Shown: in pieces, positions 16,597 through 24,883 of the stretch
How the letters are laid out: each line of letters starts with the position of its first letter
Numbering within the stretch: the first letter of the stretch is position 1
Origin: a virus
Taxonomy: Duplodnaviria; Caudoviricetes
Direction: 5' to 3' (one strand)
Virus record (IMG/VR): IMGVR_UViG_3300025608_000063
Coordinates: 1-31,482 of that record
Length of the DNA stretch: 31,482 bases
Position numbers and translations under genes: made by a program
The notes under the pieces: model-generated
Databases searched by the model: none
The model's input: only the letters and a program-made list of their open reading frames with translations
Told to the model about the DNA's origin: nothing

Positions 16597-16739
16597 TTAA
16601 AAATATATTAGACCTTTTAAAATACGCAAACGGACAAACAGAAAACATCCGAATAGCACAAGGTAAGAATAAACTACCTATTACATTAAAAGATGGTTAC
16701 AAAGCAATAAAACAAGAAATAAGATGGCAGAAAAAATAA
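16593..16739 (+). CDS. 48-aa hypothetical protein
   Basis: Hand translated MIKNILDLLKYANGQTENIRIAQGKNKLPITLKDGYKAIKQEIRWQKK; ATGA overlap. Confidence 0.7.
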   Translation: MIKNILDLLKYANGQTENIRIAQGKNKLPITLKDGYKAIKQEIRWQKK

Positions 16740-18571
16740 TAATAGATTTAGAAGCTAAAACAGACAAGGCAATAGATGATATTAAAAAACTAAATAAAGA
16801 ACTTAATAATACATCAAAATCTTCTAAAGATGCATCTGATAGTTTAAATAATGCATCAAGTTCATTAGATAGTTCTTCTAATAGTGCGAAAAAATTAGCA
16901 TCAAGTTTTGAGGAAGTGAAAGATAACGGTGGTGCTATTGCTATCCTTGACAGTTTAACAGGTGGTTTAGCTTCACGAGTTAGAGATGCATATGAAGCTA
17001 CTAAACTATTTAACTTTTCTTTAAAGGGTACTAAAAAGGCACTTATAGCTTCAGGTGTAGGTGCATTAGTTGTTGCATTGGGAACTGTTATTGCTTATTG
17101 GGATGACATAACTAAACTTATAGATGGTGCTAATAGAAAATTAAAATACCAAGAGGAAAATTTAAAAAAACAATTAAAGACACAAACCCTTCAATTAGAT
17201 TTATTAAAACAACAAATAGCTATTGAGGAATTAAGAAATGGTTTTAGCCCAAAACTAACAGCTGAATATAAAAAGCAGTTATTAATACAACGTGAACAAA
17301 ACATTGCTTTATTAGAAAATCTACAAACACAATTAGATATTGAAGAAAGTAAGAATAAAGAAGTTACACTTTGGGAAAAAATAAAAATAGCTGCATCAGG
17401 ACAACTTGGTATTGGTTTACAGGCAGAACAAATAGCAAAAGCAACTAATGGAACTTCTAAAAAATCTATTGAAATTCAAGAAAAATTAAATGAAGCTAAA
17501 AAGCTGACAGGTGTAATTGACTTGGAATTAGCACAAATTGATAAAGATGCCGTAGATAGAAAAAAAGGAGATGTAGATAAAACTAAAGAAAGAGAAAAAC
17601 AAAATTCGGATGATTTAGAAAAAATAAGAAAAGCATTAATAGATACAGAAGATAAAAGAAGAAAAGAGCAATTAAGAGAAATAAAAGCTGATTATGATGA
17701 AAAAATAAAATTAGCTGAAAAATATTACGGAGAAGAAAGTGAAGAAGTTTTAGCTTTAAGAGAAGCACAAAAAAATGCTATTGATAGTCAACAAGAAAAA
17801 TTTGATAATGAAGATGAAGGAAAAAGAAAAGCAAAACAAGATAAAGAAAATGAAAAAGCTAAAGCATTATTAGATTTAAAAAACCAAATAAAAGATGCAG
17901 AAGCAGTAACAGAAGAAGAACGCAGGTTATTAGAAATAGAAAAAACAACAGAGCATTACAATAAGCTAATAGAACTTGCAAAACAAAAGGGTTTAAGTAC
18001 TGTTGCTTTAGAAGAAGCTAAAACAAAGGCTTTAAATAAATTAAATCAAACCACTTCTAAAAATGAAATACAGTGGGAGAAACTAACACAACAAGAAAAA
18101 TCACAAGTAATAACACAAGGCTTAAATAACTTAACATCTATTTTAGGAGAAGAAAGTGCAGCAGGAAAAGCAGCAGCAATAGCAAGTGCTACAATAAGTA
18201 CTTATCAATCTGCAACGGATAGTTACAAATCATTGTCGGGTATTCCTATTATAGGTCCTGCATTAGGTTTTGCAGCAGCAGGTGCAGCCATAGCAAGTGG
18301 TGTGGCAAATGTTAAAAAAATAGCATCAACTAAAACACCTAAAGGAAGAGGTGGTGGTGGTTCTGCACCGAGTGTATCAGGTGGTGGTGGTTCAGCACCG
18401 AGTGTATCTCAACCACCTGCATTTAATGTAGTAGGTGCAAGTAGTACTAATCAATTAGCAGATGCTATTGGTAGTCAAACAAAAGAACCTGTTAAAGCTT
18501 ATGTAGTTTCTAATGATGTTACAACTGCACAAAGTATGGATAGAAATATTGTAGATGGTGCAAGTATTTAA
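16724..18571 (+). CDS. Tail tape measure protein
   Basis: Long coiled coil with Ala/Gly-rich hydrophobic segments near both ends; 615 aa. Confidence 0.8.
   Translation: MAEKIIIDLEAKTDKAIDDIKKLNKELNNTSKSSKDASDSLNNASSSLDSSSNSAKKLASSFEEVKDNGGAIAILDSLTGGLASRVRDAYEATKLFNFSLKGTKKALIASGVGALVVALGTVIAYWDDITKLIDGANRKLKYQEENLKKQLKTQTLQLDLLKQQIAIEELRNGFSPKLTAEYKKQLLIQREQNIALLENLQTQLDIEESKNKEVTLWEKIKIAASGQLGIGLQAEQIAKATNGTSKKSIEIQEKLNEAKKLTGVIDLELAQIDKDAVDRKKGDVDKTKEREKQNSDDLEKIRKALIDTEDKRRKEQLREIKADYDEKIKLAEKYYGEESEEVLALREAQKNAIDSQQEKFDNEDEGKRKAKQDKENEKAKALLDLKNQIKDAEAVTEEERRLLEIEKTTEHYNKLIELAKQKGLSTVALEEAKTKALNKLNQTTSKNEIQWEKLTQQEKSQVITQGLNNLTSILGEESAAGKAAAIASATISTYQSATDSYKSLSGIPIIGPALGFAAAGAAIASGVANVKKIASTKTPKGRGGGGSAPSVSGGGGSAPSVSQPPAFNVVGASSTNQLADAIGSQTKEPVKAYVVSNDVTTAQSMDRNIVDGASI
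18350..18409 (+). repeat. 30-bp tandem duplication encoding GGGGSAPSVS twice
   Basis: Two copies differing at 2 synonymous positions. Confidence 0.9.
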
Positions 18572-18576
18572 AAATG

Positions 18577-18607
18577 CAAAATAATTATAAAATAACTATA
18601 TACGGAT
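18577..18607 (+). promoter_or_regulatory. Putative late promoter
   Basis: CAAA-N14-ACTATATA(18595-18602)-N5-ATG(18608). Confidence 0.65.
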
Positions 18608-18646
18608 ATGGCAATAGTATATATAAACAAATAAAACAGATTTAAA

Positions 18647-19582
18647 ATGGATGTGATTGAATTGATTATCGATGATGAAGATGCTATTGGAGTAGAAGCT
18701 ATAAGTTTGGTAGAACACCCTGCAATAGAAGAAGATTTTATTGCCTTAAAAAACCAAAAAACAGAATTTAAAACAATAGATAAAGATAAAAGAATTGTTG
18801 TTGGTTTGGCATTGATACCTAATAAACCTATTTATAGAAAGAGTGGGGATAATGAGTATTATGTTTTCTTTTCAAAAAATACAGTTAGAAAATCTGCAGA
18901 ATTATATCTTAAAAATCACAATAGTAATAATGCTACTTTAGAACACGAAATAAAAGTAGAGGGTGTAAGTGTTGTTGAAAGTTGGATAGTTGAAGATGTA
19001 GAAAAAGATAAGACTGCTTTATATGGTTTAAATGCAGTAGAAGGTGCTTGGGCAGTTGTTATGAGAATAAACAACGAAGAAGTATGGCAAGATGTAAAGA
19101 AAGGAATTTACAAAGGTTTAAGTATTGAAGGATATTTTGCTGATAAAATGGAAAGACCTAAAGAAAATTTACAAGAGGAATTAAGTAAGATAGAAGAAGC
19201 AGAGGCAGAGTATATGCTATCTCAAATAAAGGCAGTTATTAAAAGTGATAAAAGATTAAAGAAAGGTAAAAGAACAGAAATGGAAAGTTTTTCTGATTAC
19301 CCACAATCTGTAAGTAATAATGCTAAAAGAGGTATCGAACTAAATAAGAAAGTAAATAATAAATGTGCTACACAGGTTGGTAAGGTAAGAGCACAACAAT
19401 TAGCAGACAGAAAACCTGTAAGTATGGAAACTATTAAACGTATGTATTCATATTTAAGTAGAGCAGAAGAATACTACAAAACAGGAGATACAGAGGCTTG
19501 TGGTTATATATCTTATTTACTATGGGGAGGTAAGTCTGCAAAGAGTTGGGCAGAAAGCAAAATCAATAAGAATGAAAAATAA
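18647..19582 (+). CDS. Prohead protease (XkdF-like serine protease) with extra C-terminal domain
   Basis: AISLVEHPAIE, LEH, VESWI and KGLSIEG motifs; upstream of scaffold and capsid. Confidence 0.8.
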   Translation: MDVIELIIDDEDAIGVEAISLVEHPAIEEDFIALKNQKTEFKTIDKDKRIVVGLALIPNKPIYRKSGDNEYYVFFSKNTVRKSAELYLKNHNSNNATLEHEIKVEGVSVVESWIVEDVEKDKTALYGLNAVEGAWAVVMRINNEEVWQDVKKGIYKGLSIEGYFADKMERPKENLQEELSKIEEAEAEYMLSQIKAVIKSDKRLKKGKRTEMESFSDYPQSVSNNAKRGIELNKKVNNKCATQVGKVRAQQLADRKPVSMETIKRMYSYLSRAEEYYKTGDTEACGYISYLLWGGKSAKSWAESKINKNEK

Positions 19583-19718
19583 CAATAGTACACCGAGTAG
19601 AACAAGTCCAAGAGCAAGTAAAAGAGGTTGCTTATGTAAGGATGGTAAATACTCTAAAAAGTGTTGTGATGGTAGCTTACAGGCACAAGGAATAGGTAGG
19701 ACATCAACTACTATATAA
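19572..19718 (+). CDS. 48-aa Cys-rich basic protein
   Basis: RGCLCKDGKYSKKCCDGSLQAQGIG; start at 19572 preferred over 19500. Confidence 0.7.
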   Translation: MKNNNSTPSRTSPRASKRGCLCKDGKYSKKCCDGSLQAQGIGRTSTTI

Positions 19719-19727
19719 ACGAAAATA

Positions 19728-19758
19728 CAAATTAATTTTTTTAATACTATATAATTAT
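19728..19758 (+). promoter_or_regulatory. Putative late promoter
   Basis: CAAA-N14-ACTATATA(19746-19753)-N5-ATG. Confidence 0.65.
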
Positions 19759-20349
19759 ATGAAACCAAGTGAAATGTTAGACCAAGTAAAAACTCTTTTA
19801 GGGGTTGAAGTAAAACTTGAGCAAATGAAATTAGAAAACGGAACTGTTTTAGAAGCAGATAAATTCGAGGCAGGAAACGAAATCTTTATCGTAACAGAAG
19901 ATGAGAAAGTAGCTTTACCTGTTGGAGAATACGTTTTAGAAGATGGTCAAACTTTAGTAATCGAAGAAGAGGGTATCATTAAAGAAATGAAATCTGAAAA
20001 CGAAGAAGCTGAAGAAGTAGAGGTAGAAGTAGAAGCAAAAGAAGAAGAAGAAATGGGTTATGCTACTAAAGAAGAACTTGCAGAGGTTAAATCAATGATT
20101 GAAGAAATAAAAGCAATGTTAGAGCCTAAAGAAGAAATAATCGAAGAACCAAAAGAAGAAAAACAAGAGTTATCTTCTGATGTTGTAAACGAAATTCCTG
20201 AAGAAGTAAAACAAGAATTATCTGAACCTGCTGCTGAACCAATTAACACAAACGCAGAAGTTTCTAAAACAGAAGTAAAATTTAATATAGCATCAAAAAG
20301 AAAGATGTCTACATTAGATAGAGTAATGAATAAAATAAATAAACTTTAA
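19759..20349 (+). CDS. Putative capsid scaffold protein
   Basis: Very Glu-rich with basic C-terminus; lies between protease and capsid genes. Confidence 0.65.
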   Translation: MKPSEMLDQVKTLLGVEVKLEQMKLENGTVLEADKFEAGNEIFIVTEDEKVALPVGEYVLEDGQTLVIEEEGIIKEMKSENEEAEEVEVEVEAKEEEEMGYATKEELAEVKSMIEEIKAMLEPKEEIIEEPKEEKQELSSDVVNEIPEEVKQELSEPAAEPINTNAEVSKTEVKFNIASKRKMSTLDRVMNKINKL

Positions 20350-20376
20350 TAAACAATAAATTAAAATTAAATAAAA

Positions 20377-21297
20377 ATGAGTGTATCTTTAACATCAACT
20401 TATGCAGGTGAATTTAGTGGTAAGTATATCGCAGCTGCATTATTATCTGCATCAACTTTAGATAGTGGTGCTATTTCAATTCTACCAAACGTAAAATTTA
20501 AATCTGTTATCCAAAAAGGAGCAACTGATGACATCGTAAAAGATGCATCTTGTGATTTTGTAACTAATCAAGGAACTTTAACTTTAACAGAAGCAGTATT
20601 ACAACCTGAAGAATTTCAAGTAAATTTAGAATTATGTAAGAAAGATTTACATAACTCTTGGGAAGCTGCTCAAATGGGTTATTCTGCATTTGATAATTTA
20701 GCACCATCTTTCGCTGAATTTGTAATTTCTCACGTTGCTGCTAAAGTAGCTGATAGAACAGAGAAAAACATTTGGAGTGGAGCAACTGCAACAAGTGGAC
20801 AATTCGATGGGTTTACTGCAAAGTTAACTGCTGATAGTGATGTAATTGATGTAGCTGCTGCAACTGTAACTTCTGCTAACGTAATCGCTGAATTAGGTAA
20901 AGTAGTAGATGCTATTCCAACTGCAGTTTACGGACAAGAAGATTTAACTTTATATGTTTCTTCAAATGTAGCAAGAGCATACATTAGAGCATTAGGAGGT
21001 TTCGCTGCAACTATCGGTGCAAATGGTTCTGATAACAAAGGAACTCAATGGTACAATGGTGGAGAGTTATCTTTCGATGGTATCAACATTTTTGTTGCTA
21101 AAGGATTAGCAGATGACACTATGATTGCTGCACAAAAATCAAACTTATATTTCGGAACAGGTATCTTAAACGACCAAAACGAAGTGAAAGTAATTGATAT
21201 GTCAGACATCGATGGTTCACAAAATGTAAGAGTAATAATGAGATTTACTGCAGGGGTACAACACGTATTCGGTGGAGATATCGTTCTTTATTCATAG
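20377..21297 (+). CDS. Major capsid protein
   Basis: 306 aa, strongly biased codons, follows protease and scaffold, followed by a terminator. Confidence 0.8.
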   Translation: MSVSLTSTYAGEFSGKYIAAALLSASTLDSGAISILPNVKFKSVIQKGATDDIVKDASCDFVTNQGTLTLTEAVLQPEEFQVNLELCKKDLHNSWEAAQMGYSAFDNLAPSFAEFVISHVAAKVADRTEKNIWSGATATSGQFDGFTAKLTADSDVIDVAAATVTSANVIAELGKVVDAIPTAVYGQEDLTLYVSSNVARAYIRALGGFAATIGANGSDNKGTQWYNGGELSFDGINIFVAKGLADDTMIAAQKSNLYFGTGILNDQNEVKVIDMSDIDGSQNVRVIMRFTAGVQHVFGGDIVLYS

Positions 21298-21321
21298 TAA
21301 ATTAATTAATAATCATTAAAG

Positions 21322-21350
21322 AGGGTGGGTAAAATAACCTGCCCTTTTTT
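21322..21350 (+). terminator. Rho-independent terminator
   Basis: AGGGTGGGT-aaaata-ACCTGCCCT followed by a T run. Confidence 0.85.
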
Positions 21351-21370
21351 ATTTAAAACAATATAAAAAT

Positions 21371-21898
21371 ATGGCTTGTTCATTAACAACAGGTAGAAAA
21401 GTACCTTGTAAATCGGCAGTAGGTGGTATAAAAACTATTTACTTTGCTGATTATGGAACTTTAGGAGATGCTACCATATCTGCAGGAGAAATAACTGCAT
21501 TTGCAGGTACTCCTGAATTTTTCCAATTTGATGTAAAAGGTAGTTCTGCTTTAGAAACTGCTATTAACTCATCAAGAGAAAATGGTACAACTTTCTACGA
21601 AAGTACATTAACTATGTCTTTAACTTTTCAAGATAAGGCAACACAAGAAGAATTAAAATTAATTGCACACGCAAGACCTCACGTAGTTGTAGAAGACTAT
21701 AACGGAAACTATTTCTTATTAGGATTAGAACACGGGGCAGAGGTAACAGGTGGTTCTATTGCTACAGGGGCAGCAATGGGAGATTTAAGTGGTTACTCTT
21801 TAACGATAGTAGCACAAGAAACTGCACCTCCTTATTTTGTAACTCCATCAGCAGTAACAGATGATGCGTCTTCGGTACAGATTGACCCAACTGCATAA
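21371..21898 (+). CDS. Putative major tail tube protein
   Basis: 175 aa, Thr/Ala/Gly-rich, biased codons, has its own terminator. Confidence 0.65.
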   Translation: MACSLTTGRKVPCKSAVGGIKTIYFADYGTLGDATISAGEITAFAGTPEFFQFDVKGSSALETAINSSRENGTTFYESTLTMSLTFQDKATQEELKLIAHARPHVVVEDYNGNYFLLGLEHGAEVTGGSIATGAAMGDLSGYSLTIVAQETAPPYFVTPSAVTDDASSVQIDPTA

Positions 21899-21920
21899 TA
21901 ATTATTTATATTTTTAAAAG

Positions 21921-21950
21921 AGGGGTATCTTAATTGATATCCCTTTTTTT
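21921..21950 (+). terminator. Rho-independent terminator
   Basis: AGGGGTATC-ttaatt-GATATCCCT followed by a T run. Confidence 0.85.
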
Positions 21951-21983
21951 ATTCTAAAAGCTATGCTTTTTTACTAACACACA

Positions 21984-22014
21984 CAAAAAATACTTTTTAT
22001 TACTATATACTATT
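21984..22014 (+). promoter_or_regulatory. Putative late promoter
   Basis: CAAA-N14-ACTATATA(22002-22009) after a terminator. Confidence 0.6.
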
Positions 22015-22034
22015 ACAAAACGAAGTTTTTAAAT

Positions 22035-22379
22035 ATGAAAGTATTAACGACAAGTACAAACCCACAAACTATAAAAGTTATACCGAGAGTTTATGTTGCA
22101 TCTGTTACTTTAAAATTAAGAGATGATAGCACAAATGAGGTAACTACTGCAAGTATAAATACTGTTACTGATAAAGACTATTTAAGTTTATCTTATGCAT
22201 TTAATTTAAAAGAGGGTAGATATTATGATTTAACACTTTTAGATGGTTCTGATGTAATATATTTAGATAGAGTGTTTTGTACAGACCAAACAATAAACCA
22301 AGATACCAATGATTACTATTCAGTTAATAAAAATGAGTATGTAAGTAAAGATGGTAATAACGATTATATAGTTTTATAA
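22035..22379 (+). CDS. Putative virion protein (head closure-like)
   Basis: 114 aa, beta-rich, precedes the portal gene. Confidence 0.45.
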   Translation: MKVLTTSTNPQTIKVIPRVYVASVTLKLRDDSTNEVTTASINTVTDKDYLSLSYAFNLKEGRYYDLTLLDGSDVIYLDRVFCTDQTINQDTNDYYSVNKNEYVSKDGNNDYIVL

Positions 22380-22380
22380 T

Positions 22381-24135
22381 ATGAATGATTTAAGAGTTTT
22401 AAACTTATCGACTTATACAAGTCCTAAAATAAAAGAAACGAAAACAGATAACTTTGTTTCTTATGGAGAGGACAACAACTACTTTCAGTTTTTAATTGAT
22501 AGATATAATGGTAGTGCAACAAATAATGCTATTATAAATGGAATGTCAGAAATGATATTCGGTAGAGGTTTGGATGCTACAGATAGCAATAGAAAACCTG
22601 AAGCCTATGCACAAATGATTACTTTATTCCACGATGACTGTGTAAGAAGATTAGCATCTGATTTAAAGTTAATGGGACAATGTGCAATGCAAGTTATTTA
22701 TTCTAAAGATAGAAAGACAATAGCAAGAGTAGAGCATATACCTGTTGAAACGTTAAGAGCAGAAAAATGTAACGAGAAAGGAGAAATTGAAGCGTACTAT
22801 ATGCACCCTGATTGGGCAAACTATAAAAAGAACGATACACTAAAAAGAATAGAAGCATTTGGTTATGGTAAAGAACCAATACAAATATATTATATTAAAC
22901 CTTATAAGGCAGGTTATAAATATTATTCTCCTGTAGATTATCAAGGTGGTATTCAATATGCAGAGTTAGAAGAAGAAATATCTAATTATCATATAAATAA
23001 TATTATGAATGGGTTAGCACCAAGTATGTTAATCAATTTTAATAATGGTACTCCTGACCCTGAACAAAGACAATTAATAGAAAATAGAATATATCAAAAG
23101 TTTAGTGGTAGTTCTAATAGTGGTAAGTTTATTTTATCTTTTAATGATGATGCAAATACTGCTGCAAGTATAGAACCAATACAGTTAAGTGATGCACATA
23201 ACCAATACCAATTCCTTTCTGATGAAAGTATGCGTAAAATAATGGTAGCACACCGAGTTGTTAGTCCTATGTTATTAGGTATAAAAGATAGTAGTGGATT
23301 GGGTAATAATGCAGATGAATTAAAGACTGCATCTTTATTAATGGATAACACAGTTATTAGACCATTTCAGACACTTTTAATAAAAGCCTTTGATGATATA
23401 TTAGCTTACAATGATATTAGCTTAAACCTTTATTTTAAGACATTACAACCTTTAGAATTTAAAGAGTTAGATAATGTAGTAGATGAAGAAACAAGAGAAG
23501 AAGAAACAGGTGTTAAGTTATCTAAAGAAAACCAAGATTTCAACGATGAAGAAATGCTTGATGCATTAGATGGAGAAGAAATCTCTGATGAATGGGAACT
23601 TGTAGAAAAAAGAGAATATTCAGAAGATAATGAAAGTGTAGAAGATTGGGCAGATAAATTAATAAAAGAAAAGAAAAGTACATTAAATAAATTAGCAGAC
23701 TTTATAAAATCAAAACCTAACGACAAAAGTAAGTTAGATAAGAGTTACTATAAAATACGATATGAATATTCAGAAAAGTATTCAAGTGGTAATTCAAGAA
23801 AGTTTTGTAAAAATATGATGGGTAGAACTGCTAAAGGTGTTGTGTATAGAAAAGAAGATATAGACCAAGCAAGTTTTAGTGGTGTAAACAAATCTTTTGG
23901 ACATAAAGGTAATAACTATTCTTTATTTAAATACAAAGGAGGTGTAAACTGTGGACATTTTTGGAGTGAGAATTTATACAGATTAAAATCTAAAACAGAA
24001 AAGTATATCTCAAAAGGTAAAGAAGTAGATAACATACCAAAGAGTTATGTACCAAAAGGAGAAGAATATAAGACTGCAGAAATAGCACCAAAGGATATGC
24101 CTAATAATGGAAGACACCCTAACAATAAAGGATAA
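22381..24135 (+). CDS. Portal protein with C-terminal extension
   Basis: YGEDN..., YYSPVDY, NGLAPSMLI, FSGSSNSGKFIL, AHRVVSPMLLGI and VIRPFQ resemble PBSX/HK97-type portals. Confidence 0.85.
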   Translation: MNDLRVLNLSTYTSPKIKETKTDNFVSYGEDNNYFQFLIDRYNGSATNNAIINGMSEMIFGRGLDATDSNRKPEAYAQMITLFHDDCVRRLASDLKLMGQCAMQVIYSKDRKTIARVEHIPVETLRAEKCNEKGEIEAYYMHPDWANYKKNDTLKRIEAFGYGKEPIQIYYIKPYKAGYKYYSPVDYQGGIQYAELEEEISNYHINNIMNGLAPSMLINFNNGTPDPEQRQLIENRIYQKFSGSSNSGKFILSFNDDANTAASIEPIQLSDAHNQYQFLSDESMRKIMVAHRVVSPMLLGIKDSSGLGNNADELKTASLLMDNTVIRPFQTLLIKAFDDILAYNDISLNLYFKTLQPLEFKELDNVVDEETREEETGVKLSKENQDFNDEEMLDALDGEEISDEWELVEKREYSEDNESVEDWADKLIKEKKSTLNKLADFIKSKPNDKSKLDKSYYKIRYEYSEKYSSGNSRKFCKNMMGRTAKGVVYRKEDIDQASFSGVNKSFGHKGNNYSLFKYKGGVNCGHFWSENLYRLKSKTEKYISKGKEVDNIPKSYVPKGEEYKTAEIAPKDMPNNGRHPNNKG

Positions 24136-24138
24136 GAT

Positions 24139-24639
24139 ATGGCAACAGCATTATTTATAAATAGAACAGATTTAGTAAAGAACAGTATTCTTGATGGTAA
24201 CACAGATACGGATAAGTTTATACAATTTATTAAGGTAGCACAACAGATAAACATACAGAATTATTTAGGTACTGATTTATATAATAAAATAAGTGCAGAT
24301 ATATTAGCAGGTACATTAACAGGAAACTATTTAGCTTTAGTAGAAGATTATGTACAACCTATGTTAATACATTATGCTATGATGGAGTATTTACCTTTTG
24401 CTGCATATCAAATAAAGAATGGTGGAATTAGTAAACACAATTCAGAAAATGCAGATGGTGTATCTAAAGAAGAAGTAGATTATTTAGTACAAAAACAAAG
24501 AAACTTTGCAGAGTATTATACAAGAAGATTTATAGATTATATTAGTTTTCACGAAGAAGATTTCCCTGAATACAATAGTAATAACAATGAGGATATAAGT
24601 CCTGATACAAATGATTTGTTTAACGGATGGGTGCTATAA
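24139..24639 (+). CDS. Putative head-tail adaptor
   Basis: FI...AQ..IQNYLGTDLY helical protein directly after the portal gene. Confidence 0.6.
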   Translation: MATALFINRTDLVKNSILDGNTDTDKFIQFIKVAQQINIQNYLGTDLYNKISADILAGTLTGNYLALVEDYVQPMLIHYAMMEYLPFAAYQIKNGGISKHNSENADGVSKEEVDYLVQKQRNFAEYYTRRFIDYISFHEEDFPEYNSNNNEDISPDTNDLFNGWVL

Positions 24640-24731
24640 CATATAAACCGAAACAATCTAACATTATAAAGTTAGAAAAATATTTAACTGATAAAAAAGA
24701 TAAAAATGATAAATTGGGGAAAAATATATAA
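24627..24731 (+). CDS. 34-aa hypothetical protein
   Basis: Hand translated MGAITYKPKQSNIIKLEKYLTDKKDKNDKLGKNI; bridges the intergenic gap. Confidence 0.45.
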   Translation: MGAITYKPKQSNIIKLEKYLTDKKDKNDKLGKNI

Positions 24732-24879
24732 TACAACCTATTGGGGTATTGGAGTAATAAATGACATCTTTTGGGGTGTTGTTTACTACAATAATAAAGT
24801 AAGAAAAGATTTTGTAGATAGAGTAATTGCAGATGGTGGTGTTATAGAAAACTCAATGTGTATAAACGTAATAAAATAA
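24706..24879 (+). CDS. 57-aa putative virion protein (WG repeats plus DRV..DGG motif)
   Basis: Hand translated MINWGKIYNTTYWGIGVINDIFWGVVYYNNKVRKDFVDRVIADGGVIENSMCINVIK. Confidence 0.75.
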   Translation: MINWGKIYNTTYWGIGVINDIFWGVVYYNNKVRKDFVDRVIADGGVIENSMCINVIK

Positions 24880-24883
24880 AGAT

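Noticed and set aside
19500-19571. GTG-started extension of the Cys-rich ORF
   Set aside because: Overlaps the conserved-looking protease C-terminus; the ATG at 19572 gives a normal short overlap
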